Below, piece after piece: positions 32,777 through 45,605 of a stretch of 64,000 nt of DNA. Every line of letters begins with the position of its first letter. Positions within the stretch are counted from its first letter, which is position 1. Origin of the DNA: Lepidodermella squamata (Eukaryota > Animalia > Gastrotricha). The notes below the pieces were generated by a model. It was not told the DNA's origin and did no database searches. It saw only the letters and a list, made by a program, of their open reading frames with translations. Both the position numbers and the translations under genes were made by a program. The stretch is taken from positions 372,001-436,000 of the forward strand of contig JBLDXI010000025.1 of assembly GCA_047495785.1 (NCBI GenBank). Direction: 5' to 3'.

Positions 32777-35340
32777 TTAGGGGACGGCTGACGATTGGAG
32801 ATCAGCTTCAGGAACAGTCGCGAACAATCTGCTTTTTCCCATGAATTCATAATTCTCTATGCTGTTACATAATAGCAGCCATTCTTCCCGGTCTCTAGCT
32901 GTTATTCTCAATTCTAAATCCGGAGCTTTGTGAATTTCGGTGCGTCGCATCAAAAGGGTTGATTTACGGGGTCGCCCTCGTTTTTTGGGTTCATTTAGGA
33001 TCCCTGATAAGTTTTTCATGTATAAAAAATCCCAATTTTTAGCAGGCTTCTTCGGAGGCTGTCAGACCATCGGGTTGGCGGCCTGCCGCGAGGCAAGTAC
33101 CAACTCGGGTCGACCGCTTTCCAGTAGTGCATAATACCGTGAGACTTTCAGGGTCGTATTCATCCTGCCGAATTATATGGCCAAAATATTTCAGACGAAA
33201 TTTTTCAATCAATATACTCAATTCCGCAGATCGCAGATTAGTCTAATATCTACATTAGGAATATTATATTCCGTTCTAAACAGACAACAGACCCATAATT
33301 GTTCTAAGCCAGCGCATAAAAATTACATTTAGCCTTTGCTCTTGTTGAGTGGTCAGGTTCCAGGTTTCGCAGGCATAAGTGACGGTAAGAATAACAACGC
33401 ATGTGAGAAATTTTAATTTCGTAGCTGACGTGTTTCCTATTGCACATAAGTTTATTAAGTGCACCAAAGCAGCCGCCAGCTTTCGCTATGCGTGCCTTGA
33501 TCTCCTCGTCCATTTTTCCATCGGAAGTAATGATGCTTCCTAAATATTTGAAAGACGTGACTTTTTCCAATAGTTTGTCGTCTAATTCAAGTTGATAGTT
33601 TCTATCCTCATCGATCACCATGTTTTGGGTTTTACTAATGCTGATTTTCAAACCTAGTTCCTCACATGCCTTATTATAAAACATCAAGTAATAGGTGTTA
33701 CGACAAGGTAGCACGAGACAGAATAGTCCCGACAAGTTATCACCGACTAGATAGCCCCGCGACAACTTATCAATTAAAAAATTAAATTTTTGGGCGACAA
33801 GGTAGCCCCTGCCAAAGTAGCAAAAATTCGGCGACAATTTAGCCCCGACAAAATAGCCAAGAACATTCGAGCACAAATTGAAGAAATTTATTTCCATATT
33901 TTCGTTGTAATTCTAGTTTAAAAACGACAATTCAGCTATAGTAGCGTATGTTAGAGAATGGAATGAATGAGTTGTAGCCACCAGAAAGAGAGTTCACGAC
34001 TACATTTAAACTAGCGGCGCCCAGGTTTTTAAACCTGAATTCGGCGCCCAAGTGCATTGTTTACGCGTTAATTAGCTGACTTGGCGGCAAATAAGCAGTG
34101 TTATCGCGCTAATGAGTCGTGTGTTAGAATGTCGTGTGTTGAATTGTCGCTGGATTAATTAATATTTCGGGCCAAAAAGTCGCGAATGAATTGTCGCGGA
34201 GAAAAATGATTTTTATTCGGGACGAATTGTCACAGGCTAATTTGTTTTTGAGATAGCCAGTCCGGTCTATTTTGTCGGGGCTATTTTGTCGGGATTATTT
34301 TGTCTTGGGCTCACTTGTCGTATAACCAAGTAATAATTTAATTTCTTCATGACTCATACCTTTTAAAGTTCCATCATCCGCGAAAAAAATCAGGCTCAGA
34401 AATTGTTCAGTATTAATAAGGAAGCCACCCGGGGTGTCCATCAATTTTCGGCAGATTCTATCGAACGTTGCGATGAAGAGCAGCGGAGACAAGGGACAGC
34501 CCTGCCTTAAGCCGCTCTTCACCACAAAGAAGTCCCTGAGTTGATTATTTATTTTGACTGCTACTTTGTTACATTGATAAAAGCTTTTTACAGCCACAAT
34601 AAGGTTAGCATCGACACCTAGTTCCTCGAGCGCAGCCCAGACCTTCTCGCGATCGATCAGATCGTAGGCCTTTTCCAGGTCAATGAAAACCATATGCATT
34701 TCCTTACCGCCGCAGCAAATAACTTTTTCAATAAGTCTGCGAAGCACAAAAATACAATCCCTACAGCCTTTCCTCGGTTGGTAACCAAATTGACGTTTGG
34801 AAATTTTGCGCCAATTAAACTTCGCAATTTGCGTTCCAGGATGATCGCGTATAATTTACCAACAACACTCAGTAAACTGATGCCGCGATAATTTTTGCAA
34901 TCTGATTTTCCACCCTTATTCTTATATAATGGTGCTATGATCGCCATTGACCACTCCTCAGGGACCACTCTTAGTCGACCAGGCCTGATTTAGAATTTGA
35001 GCGAGCCATTCAATACCGGCGTCATCCAAGGCTCTTAGCATTTCTGGGGTTACCTCATCGATGCCGGCGGCCTTGCCATTTTTCATATGATTTAAGGCTG
35101 ATTTGATTTCTTGATTACTAATACTGTTCGATTCAGGCGGAGGGGGTTCATCGCTGCCAATGTTTGCGTCGCATTCTGCAATGAAGTCGTCGATCTCTCA
35201 GCCCTCGAGGAGCTCCGAAAAGTATTCCTTCATCGCATCGAGAATTTCACCTAAATCAGTGACTAGGTCACCGTCTTGATCGCCGGGGAAGCCGGGGAAG
35301 CGCCGCCGCATTTCTGGTTCCGTTTCCTAGAAAGACGAAC
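32777..35340 (-). mobile_element. 5'-truncated, frameshifted RTE-clade LINE (RT and C-terminal region); ends approximate
   Basis: KNGKAAGIDEV, PEEWSMAIIAPLYK, NYRGISLLS, FIDLEKAYD, GLRQGCPLSPLLF, FADD, GLKISISKT, FKYLGS, YACETW, RLKYFGHIIR, KRGRPRK, RDREEW. Confidence 0.9.
33694..34327. mobile_element. Non-autonomous TIR element (634 bp) inserted in the RTE RT domain
   Basis: TSD aagtaata (33686-33693 and 34328-34335; 9 bp if the adjacent c is counted). Termini ggtgttacgacaag / cttgtcgtataacc. Many cgacaa (left) and ttgtcg (right) subterminal motifs. Confidence 0.85.
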
Positions 35341-36376
35341 TTTGTCCCGTTTGAAAGAGCGCTAAACGTTGTACCAGAATAACAAGTATCGAAAAATTAG
35401 AAAAATGAAGTTTTTCAAAAAATCGAGATTTAAAAATTGGTCGATTTTACATAAATCGAGCATTTTTAGACCAAAATTTGCAAATCAGCAGGGGAGACCC
35501 TTACATTTTTCAGAAATTTTCGAACGCCAGGGGGGTTTGCTTACCCCCCGTACTCGGACCACTGCTTTGAAGGGATACGCGTGACTTTTCAGCCAATAGG
35601 AGTGCGCGCGCGGACGAAACATAGGCGGGCCCGAAAATGTGCATCTCATAAACACCTTGACGGTGGCAGTAACTGGTGGTTTCATTATTCCAAGAAAACA
35701 TTAAATCCAACCAATTTTACCAGTTTCGAATTTCGACGAGAAAACTACAAAAATCTAAGAATTTATGTTGCATAAAAGTGATTTTTTGGCGGATATATTG
35801 CATAATTCTCTACAAAGCGTTCTATATTCTATACTATTGCAATAAAGCCTTTTTATGATGAATTCATTCTGCAGAATATAAGGCATCGACCCGCGCATTC
35901 TTATAATAAATATACTGCTCCGCGCCGCGATATTGCGATGAGGCAAAAATTCGCCTTTCCAACGGAGAATGGGTGTGAAAGAGGGGAAAAGTTACTTTAT
36001 AGGGCAAAAGGAGCGACATCTCATGAATATATTCATATTTTTAAAACTACCCTCCTTTCCTTGGAGCTATTTTTTGAGCTCGTGCAAAAGGCGTAAAATT
36101 TGGTCAGTTTTGCAGGAGATAAACAGCCTCAACTCGCACGTGCATAAAACTTCAACTAGCGTCGCCTCAATTCCACCGTGCGGATCTTTTGATTGTCACT
36201 GTAGTTTTTGCAAATTGCAAATATTTTTCAATCATCTCCATCAAATTTTACTCAGCAAACAAATAGCCGACCTCACGGCCGCAACACCATCACCACATAG
36301 CAAGCGGAAAAAATCACGGCTATGGTTAATCATTGAGTTCACTAGGCAAACACCGCCTACAATGCGTCGAACGCAG

Positions 36377-37059
36377 CCAAATGTTTGAGTGCTGGCACCC
36401 TTAAACGCGTGGCAGCTCACACGAACACGGCGTAGTACGTTTACGTGAACGCAACATTTAACATTGCACTTTACTCACGTAAAAGGCACCGGTCGGCGTT
36501 CGTCAGATGCGAATTCACGTCGAACGCAGCCGGGCTCATCGTTCTATCATTCATCTCTATACCTATTTAACAACCGAGAAACGAGAAACGGCGAGTTGTT
36601 GGTGGAGCGCATATTAGCAAATTATCATGCTTGAATAATGAAGACCATCTCCACACACTCAAGTCAAATTACAATACTACAAAGATGAGAAAAATTGCCG
36701 TATGCATGGTGGAAGGCAAAAAATCGAAGTTAAACGTAATTATAATTACCTTTCCACGAAGAAGAGAGCGGCATAATAACTGTATCGTATTATAAGAATC
36801 ATAGCAGCTTTGGCTGGCAATTTGTATTTTGAACCCATTAAGTTGGAAACTATTTGTTGAACCACAATTCATTTTGAAGCTATGCATCCTGTCTTCGCCT
36901 TGTTGGTGCTTTCCGCGACCTGCTGCCTGGCCTGCCAACCTTCAGTCCCGGATGCTGGTAAAGCAACCCCCAGCTGCCCAACAGGATTCACATGCCAGGC
37001 CACTGCAACTACTACTACGACTACTACTACAACGGCGATCGTTCCACGCAGCATTTGCA
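36377..37059 (+). repeat. 683-bp near-identical duplication of the upstream region and 5' CDS of P2/P3 (other copy 40602-41284)
   Basis: Constant offset 4225 with only scattered substitutions. Confidence 0.93.
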
Positions 37060-39792
37060 ACTTGGTGAACAACATCTGCAATCCATTATCTAATGAATAC
37101 TGTCCAAAAGCGATAGCCGACGGCATCACCGACCCAACTAAAACATGCACTCCACCTGCTACCCTTTGCTTCGGCTCGAACTTCTGCTTGGCAAAAACCA
37201 AAGACTACTGCCAGACGAGTGGCGCGGCTGACGCCCAAAAATTCTGTCAAGTGAAAACTATCGACTATTGCCAAACGGGTGGCGCGAGTGATGCACAGAA
37301 ATTCTGCATAGTGAAAACCACGGATTATTGCCAGACGAGTGGCAGCGCGGATGCAACCAAGATGTGCCAGTCGAAAAACACCGACTATTGCCAAACGAGT
37401 GGCAGCGCTGACGCTCAAAAGTTCTGCCAAGTGAAAACAACAGACTACTGCCAAACAAGTGGCACGGCTGATTCCCAGAAATCCTGTATAGTGAAAACTA
37501 CCGACTATTGCCAAACCGGCGGCACTGCTGATACCCAGAAGTTTTGTCAGGCAAAAAGCTCGGATTACTGTCAGACCGGTGGCGTGTTGGATTCTTCCAA
37601 ATTCTGCCAGTCGAAATCTAGCGATTACTGCCAAACGTCTGGCAAAGCGTGTAGGGTCACTGCTGCCGATTACTGTCAGACGGGCGGCTCTGCGGATGCT
37701 ACGAAAGCCTGCATGTCGAAAACCACCGATTACTGTCAAACTAGTGGCAGCGCTGATTCGAACAAGTTCTGCCAAGTGAAAAAAACCGACTATTGCCAGT
37801 CAAGTGGCAGCGCGGATTCTACCAAATTCTGCCAGGCTAAGGCCAGCGATTACTGTCAATCAGGCGGCACTGCAGATGCTACCAAGTTCTGCCAGTCCAA
37901 AACAGGCGATTACTGTCAAAATGGTGGCACTGCGGATTCTAGCAAATTCTGCCTATCAAAATCCACAGATTACTGCCAAACTGGTGGCTCCGCTAGTGCA
38001 TGAGACGTAGCTAGGACGCCGAAGCTTGAATCCCGCCATACAAAGTGACGTGTTGGCGTTATGCATGCTTGAATATTCTGAATAATTTGCCTTTTGTAAA
38101 AATTAAATTTTCAGGGTTTAATAAAAATAATTATTTTATTAATCCCTGAAATTTAAAAAATATTAAGTTGAAAATTCAAAAGGTTTAAAAATCGTAGGCG
38201 TCGATGGTTACGAAGCTAGAATCAGGTTCCAAGTAGGAACTAAGATCGAGAGAACTCAAACCATGTGATGTAGAGCTCTGCGAACTACTTTCTTAAGACA
38301 AAAAGCAATTCAAACAAGCCGTATGCTGATATTTTCCATTGAGTTGTTTTTCTTTTTCACGTCGCGATTATGCTGCAGCTGTTGCGTAATGACGTGAGAT
38401 AATTTCATATGTCTTAAACAATCGAGCAGGAAATTTTTTTCAGTCGAAATTTTCCAAGTTTTCGGCTAGAGGACTTTCACCGGGAACTCAATTGCTCATT
38501 TGCGGTCCGATAAATTACTGGCAGTTCAAACTGGAATGAAAAAATGGGCTGGATGTGATCAGCATCTCAATTTTCAGATTTTTCAGCTCTCAGTTTTTCT
38601 CAGTTATCCTATTAATTTTTAATTTTTTAATTTTTAATTTTTGATCAATTTTTTCAATTATTCTCTAGTTCAAGTTAGATTCAAATTCAAGGAAATTCAA
38701 GTAAATTCAAATTCAAGCTTCTTCATTACATCTATTGATTTTAGTTTAACATGCATTATTAACAGATAATTTTGAAAATTAATGGCTCGAAGCAGGTGTT
38801 GATATAATTTTTTACAATGTGTTGCAATGCAATTAATTATCGATTGATCGCGCCCGAATCAAGGGCACTTTTAACCTTATTTTGGACAACATAAAATAAG
38901 GATTAAAAGAGCGCGAAAATTTAATGAGGTGATTCATCTCATTATTTTCAAAACGTGACCTTTGACCCTAATTATTTCTGACAACACTTTTTTCTCGTAA
39001 ACAACCCAGCTGCGGCGTCCTAGCTACGTCTCATGCGCTAGTGCTAATAAGTTCTGCCTGGATAAAACTACCGACTACTGCCAAACTAGTGGCACTTCCG
39101 ATGTTAACAAGTTCTGCCAAGTCAAGACAGCCGATTACTGCCCGACCGGCGGAGCCGCGGATGCCAATAAATTCTGTCAAAAGAAAACTGCGGATTATTG
39201 TCAAACTCTTGGCGTAGCAGATACGACCAAGTCATGCCAACCTTTACCTGTCATAACAGTTTGTAATCGCGAAACTGTGTTTTCCCGTAATTCTTCAATG
39301 TTTTTTGCTTTATCCAGCACCAAACAGGAATATTTGCACAAAAATCGACCTCGTTCAGGGCTGACGTTGGCTTTTGCTCCACAACAGGTGTTGTGAATGA
39401 ATATTCTGCCGTGCTGAAATCAGTAAGATCGGTGTTAACGAAAAGAAAATTGAACTTTCGCCTCTGTTTAGTCAGGAACAGTCGGAGAGTTCCTGAGTTT
39501 CGACGCGTGCTGTCAGAGTTTGGTAACTGATCCGACTTCCCCGGCGATCAAATACTTCACATTTATCAAAAGCAACAAGGCCATGGTGATATGTTCTTAC
39601 GGCAGTGTCTATCTCACCACAATTTATTCGAACAAGAGGTGTTATGGAGCGCCTCTTTATGCCCCGTCAGATCACACAATTCTCGCTACTTACGACTCGT
39701 TCGATGAATGTTGCAAAGCTATTTCTGCTACGACATACGCAAGGGACCTCGTCAGCGGCTCTTCAATTGTCATGTACAAGTGCTTTGAATAG
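36882..39792 (+). pseudogene. Cys-repeat paralog P2 (~585 aa if repaired), disrupted by a transposon in exon 1
   Basis: Exon 1 is 36882-37998 + 39044-39258; exon 2 is 39318-39422; exon 3 is 39472-39792. 17 DYC units. Removing the insertion plus one TSD restores the frame (GSAS|ANKFC). Confidence 0.88.
37999..39035. mobile_element. Non-autonomous DNA transposon, 1037 bp, 8-bp TSD, P-element-like termini (hAT not excluded)
   Basis: 23-bp perfect TIR catgagacgtagctaggacgccg. TSD cgctagtg (37991-37998 and 39036-39043). AT-rich non-coding interior. Confidence 0.92.
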
Positions 39793-41106
39793 ACTTGAAG
39801 AAAGCCAAATCCATAACTTTTTCACGATTTGTGATGATGAAATTATCATTAAAATTTAGTTGATGAGAGTCTGGCATTCAATTTTTCATGTTATTTTGTT
39901 TGGTGTTAGCTTTGATGCAGTTCCTAGTTGCTTCTTGTGATTTTTCGCAGCTTGAGCGGACTGTAACAAAGAATTGGTCACTATATTATGGACCCTAACC
40001 ACTAAGCGGCCTTTTTATTCCTCAATTCGGCTCGATAATTCTACGCATGCCCATAGAGAAAAAAATGGGCATGCGTATATAGTTTGATGTCTATAGCTAT
40101 TCAACAACAGACGAGTCATTTTTTTCTCTATGCGCATGCCCTACCAGGCCGAGTTCTCTCGCCCGGAATCTATCCAGCCAAATTGCGAAAAAACGGCCTC
40201 GAAAACTTGTCGAAAAGAGCATGATTGGGTAGTTTCAATCCAAAAATAGTTGACATCCGGGTTTTTCCATTTCTCGATGTCGTAGTGTTAACCCCGAAGA
40301 CGCTCTACATGGATACGGCACATGTGGTTGCTAATTACATTCTGTTATTTTTTGCAACTGTTGGATTTGGCCTACAAGAATCTGATGATCGAATTTCACT
40401 ATTCTCTTGCTTATTAGAAACCTATCAATTTGGAAAATTCAAACCAATGGATGTTTTCACTCGAAAAATCGACTTCTAAACACTGAATAAATATTGGTTA
40501 TTTATATGTTTATTGGAATAAAGAAATTTGTTCCATCCATTATTTTAAATTTTAACGTCTGATTAAGAAAATGAACCGATCTTCATAAAAAATAAAAGCA
40601 CCCAAATGTTTGAGTGCTGGCACCCTTAAACGCGTGGCAGCTCACACGAACACTGAGCAGTACATTTACGTGAACGCAACATTTAACATTGCACTTTGCT
40701 CACGTAAAAGGCACCGGTCGGCGTTCGTCAGATGCGAATTCACGTCGAACGCAGCCGGGCTCATCGTTCTATCATTCATCTCTATACCTATTTAACAACC
40801 GAGAAACGAGAAACGGCGAGTTGTTGGTGGAGCGCATATTAGCAAATTATCATGCTTGAATAATGAAGACCATCTCCACACACTCAAGTCAAATTACAAT
40901 ACTACAAAGATGCGAAAAATTGCCGTATGCATGGTGGAAGGCAAAAAATCGAAGTTAAACGTAATTATAATTACCTTTCCACGAAGAAGAGAGCGGCATA
41001 ATAACTGTATCGTATTATAAGAATCATAGCAGCTTTGGCTGGCAATTTGTATTTTGAACCCATTAAGTTGGAAACTATTTGTTGAACCACAATTCATTTT
41101 GAAGCT

Positions 41107-42996
41107 ATGCATCGTGTCTTCGCCTTGTTGGTGCTTTCCGCGACCTGCTGCCTGGCCTGCCAACCTTCAGTCCCGGATGCAAGTAAAGCAACCCCCAGCT
41201 GCCCAAATGGATTCACATGCCAGGCCACTGCAACTACTACTACGACTACTACTACAACGGCGATCGTTCCACGCAGCATTTGCAGCACGCCGAACACCTT
41301 CTGCAATGCTTTATCCGTTGAATACTGCCCGAAAGCGGTAGCCGATGGCTACACCGATATGAATAAAGTTTGCGCGCCGACTTCTAACATTTGCGTCAGC
41401 CCAAACTTCTGCCTGGCAAAAACCACAGACTACTGCCAGACAAGCGGTACTTCTGACGCCCAAAAATTCTGTCAATTGAAAACTACCGACTATTGCCAAA
41501 CCAGTGGCGCGAGTGATGCTCAGAAGTTCTGCCAAGTAAAAAACACGGATTATTGTCAGACGAGTGGCACAGCGGATGTTATTAAGTTCTGCAAGGCTAA
41601 ACACACCGACTATTGCCAAACGAGCGGCAGCGCTGACGCTCAAAAGTTCTGCCAAGTGAAAACGACAGACTACTGCCAAACAAGTGGCACGGCTGATGCC
41701 CAAAAAATCTGTCAATTGAAAACTAGCGACTACTGCCAAACCGGTGGCACTGCTGATGCTACCAAATTCTGTCTGACGAAAAGCACGGACTACTGCCAAA
41801 CTAGTGGTTCCGCGGATTCTACCAAGGTCTGTATGTCGAGAACTTCCGACTACTGCCAAACTAGTGGCACAGCAGATGCTACAAAGTCGTGTCAGTCCAC
41901 GAGTGTCGATGTTTGCCTGACGAGCGGCTCCCCTGATTCCACCAAGTTCTGCCAGACCAAGACAAGTGATTACTGCCAGTCGGGCGGTGCTGCTGACGTT
42001 ACCAAAATCTGTATAGCGAAAAGCACCGACTATTGCCAAACTGGCGGCTCCGCGGATACTGGCAAAGTGTGTATGGCTAAATCCAGCGATTACTGCCAAA
42101 GTAGTGGCTCTGCGGATAGTACCAAAGCCTGTATGCCGAAGAATACCGATTACTGTCCAACCAGTGGCTCTGCGGATTTAAACAAGTTTTGCCAGGCTAA
42201 ATGCAGCGATTACTGTCAGACGAGCGGCTCTGCGGATAGCAACAAGTTTTGCCAATTGAAAACCAGCGACTACTGCCAAACTAGTGGCGCCACGGATTCT
42301 AGCAAGTTCTGCCAGACCAATACAGTCGAATACTGCCAAACCTCCGGTACTGCTGATAGTAGCAAGTTCTGCCTAACGAAGACCACTGACTATTGTCAAG
42401 CTAGTGGCTCACCAGATGCGACCAAATCGTGCCAACCTCTACCAGTCAGAATGGTCAGTTCGATGATTTTCCCACCCTTTTGTAATCTTCTCTTTTCTTC
42501 GGTTTTTTCAGCACCAAACAGGGGTATTCGCAAAAAAAGATACCTCGTTCAAGGCTGATGTTGGCTTCTGCTCCACGACTGGAAGCGTGGCGGATTATTC
42601 TGCCCTGCTGAAATCTGTAAGGTCGCTGTTAACGGAGTATTACTCTGATTTTCGCCTCTGTTTTAGTCCGGAACAGTTGGAGAATTCAACGGGTTTGACG
42701 CGTGCTGTAAGAGCTTGGTGACTGATGCGTCCATCCCGACGATCAAGTACTACACGTTTATCAGAAACAACAGGGGCTTGATGATATGTTCTTACGGCGG
42801 CGTCTACGCCACTACAACTGGTGCGAGTAACATATGTTACGGAGCGCCTCTTTATGCCCCGTCAGATCACACCACTGGTCCAATCTACGATTCCTACGAT
42901 GAATGCTGCAATGCTATTTTTGCCACGACATTCACAAAGCAACTCGTCAGCACGGCGGGCGGCAATGCGATTCTCGTTTACAAGTGCACTACTTGA
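41107..42996 (+). CDS. Secreted Cys-rich tandem-repeat protein, paralog P3 (~593 aa)
   Basis: Exons 41107-42453, 42512-42616 and 42667-42996. Signal peptide. 17 uninterrupted 20-aa (60-bp) units. C-terminal DACC/DECC domain. Confidence 0.88.
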
Positions 42997-45605
42997 GGAA
43001 AGCGAAAACCATTTCGGAGGGCGTCAGGACTCTTTTATGACTTGTGATGATGAAATTATCATTAAAAAATAGTTACATTCCTCTTGTGTAATTTGTTGTG
43101 CTTGTTTTCATGTTGCAGAGACCAGACACTGATGATTTGATTTACAAAATTTCACGATGATTTCACGATGTATTCACAAGCCTGGTGGAGCTATTCATCC
43201 CCTTTCAGACTCATTCTGCTAAACCAAGCTTAAAAATTAACAGAATCTCCAGATATGTACCATGTCACTCATGTCTCCCTATGCGAAAGATTTGATTTGA
43301 TTTGATTGATCACTTAAAAGTCCTCCAATCCAATGCGCACGCTGATTGGTCAATCGATCGTTGCTATGACTCCCGGATGAAACATTTTGGTCGTGCGATC
43401 CATAGGTAAGATTTGTTGCAACGAGTGATTTTTGCCGCAGCAATTTACCACCATTAATATGGAGTTTACGCTCGTGGTCAATGGAAACCGTGCAGAGGGT
43501 GAGGCAATGAGAGATTCCATAGAGAAAATAGACGGAAGAGGGGTTTACATTTGGGTGTATTTTATATTCAGCCCGGCCTGCTGGAACGCAAAAAAGCCGG
43601 GCACTGCCCATGTACATTTTTTATTCGCCCGTGTCGCCCGCCGAGCATTCAGTAATTTTCTCTGGTTTCCCGCACTTCCCTGCCAGCCCGTGACGCCCGG
43701 CCTTTTGGAGCCGGGCGAAGCGGGGCGATGAAGCAAAAAGCTATTAGCCACGCGATTTCACAGCAAAAAATTTACAAAAAATCATACGAATAATAGCGCG
43801 ATGACTAAATTTGAAACTTGAACACGCGATGAATCATCAAAGCTACCTAGTTGTGATCGCTTGGTGATCACCGTATATCTAATTCAAATTTGCGATGGAT
43901 TATTATTTCAAAATTTCCGGAGGTGCGAAAAAGGGCCAATAACGCGCTGAGCTTTATTCAAGGATGATAAATTGAAAGCGCCATTCATGATCCAAACAGA
44001 GCCAAATTTTGATCATCTTTTATCTTACAATAATTGCAGTAAAATCGGCAGAACTATGAATTCTAGTATCGTCAAAATCCGAAATTCCGCCTTAAAAATA
44101 AACTCCGAAATGGGTTGTTATTAGACGAAGGACTATTCGATAAAATAACATACTTGATATTTGATTTCAATGAAATTCACTGCATAAGAAATGTGCGTGT
44201 CTACTAACCCATTAACTTTTTTCCCGCAATCACCCGATAACATTCAATAATTATTCCGCGTTTCCCCGCTTTCCAGCGGGAGAGTTGGGCTGTATTGCTG
44301 CATGCTTTTGGGCGCCCGCCTTTCGCGTAATTTTTTATTGCTATTTTCCCGTGATTCCCAGAAAATCCAAGCTCGTCCGCAAAAAAACACGGGCGAAAGG
44401 CGAATAAAGAAATGTGCTCATTGCCCGCCCAGCCCGGATTTTTTATTGTTTTCCTGTGAAATCCGGCGGGCTGCCCCGGGCAAGGCGGGGAATAAAAAAT
44501 ACACCCTTTTCGGTTGTCGTTCGAACAGTCAAAACAACCATTCGGCTGATCATTATTAAACATCAAACGGGTATTAAACATGTGTTGAGCCTGGCATTGA
44601 GCAAGAAATGTCTCGATGCTTGTGACCCGCTTTTCCAACTACACGCGAACTTCGTCCTCACGACGGTCCTCGCTGAGAGACTGAGCAGCCGTTCGGGAGA
44701 ACGGAGAGCCTGAGCAGCCGTTCGGGAGAACGGAGAGCCTGAGCAGCTGCTGTTTTGAGGCTGACGAGAGGTAAATATGCCCAACGCCCAGCAGGAGCGA
44801 ACGAGGCTGAGATAAAGGTTGCGACGCCATAGAGGTGACAGACAGACCAGGGGTGCGCGCCAGGTGCATGAAAGAGCTCATATTTCGACAGAAACGATGA
44901 AGCACTCCGCGTGAGTTTTGGATTCGAATGGACTCCTTTGAGGCGTAGCGAAGAGGCTAGCGGTACCAAAGATCCTTCATTACTTGAGACGGACAGCTGC
45001 GCGATCTAAGATCGCACCCTGCTCTCAAAATTTCAAATCGGAAGGTGCTGCCTTGTAAATTTTCAAAAATATCCTGAGCTATTTTTTATAATGTTTCTCC
45101 ACACTTATGCAGGGAAAGATTTACGAGCTTACTAAGGTGCATAAGAAAGCATGGGGCAGTTCGCAACCAAGCATGTAGGTGCTACGCGTTCGAGCTCACG
45201 GCGTATAGCACATTAACTTAGATGCAACGGCCACTTTTTCTCACGTCAATGCAACGGGTTTGCACCGGTCGGATGCGCACTTGCGTCGAACGAAGCAGTG
45301 GCCATCATCTGAGCTTAATACGATAGTGGCTTGTTTGAAAAATGGGAATGAGAAACAAGGCTTTGTTTAATGCCCATTAGCAACTTATGCTCAGTTAATG
45401 ATGACAAACTCTTCCCTCCCGAGTCAAATTGCCAACAATACTCAGAGGATGAGTACAAATTGGGGTATGAGGCACAAGATCGAAGCTAAACGTGATTATA
45501 ATTACCTCTCCTCGAAAAATTGAGCTGCTAAAGTGTATCATAGCAGAATCATAACAGCTATGTAAATTGCACCCTTAAATTTGCAAACAATTTACCTTGG
45601 AAACT

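Noticed and set aside
41311-42099. Long antisense ORFs over the repeat genes (also 37086-37775, 45993-46583, 12120-12575) and over LINE ORF1 (23209-24123)
   Set aside because: Shadow frames caused by codon bias or GC richness on the sense strand.
43279-45000. ORFs and a 29-bp tandem repeat (44681-44747) between P3 and P4
   Set aside because: Probably transposon debris, but I found no termini, TSD or protein motif that I can support.
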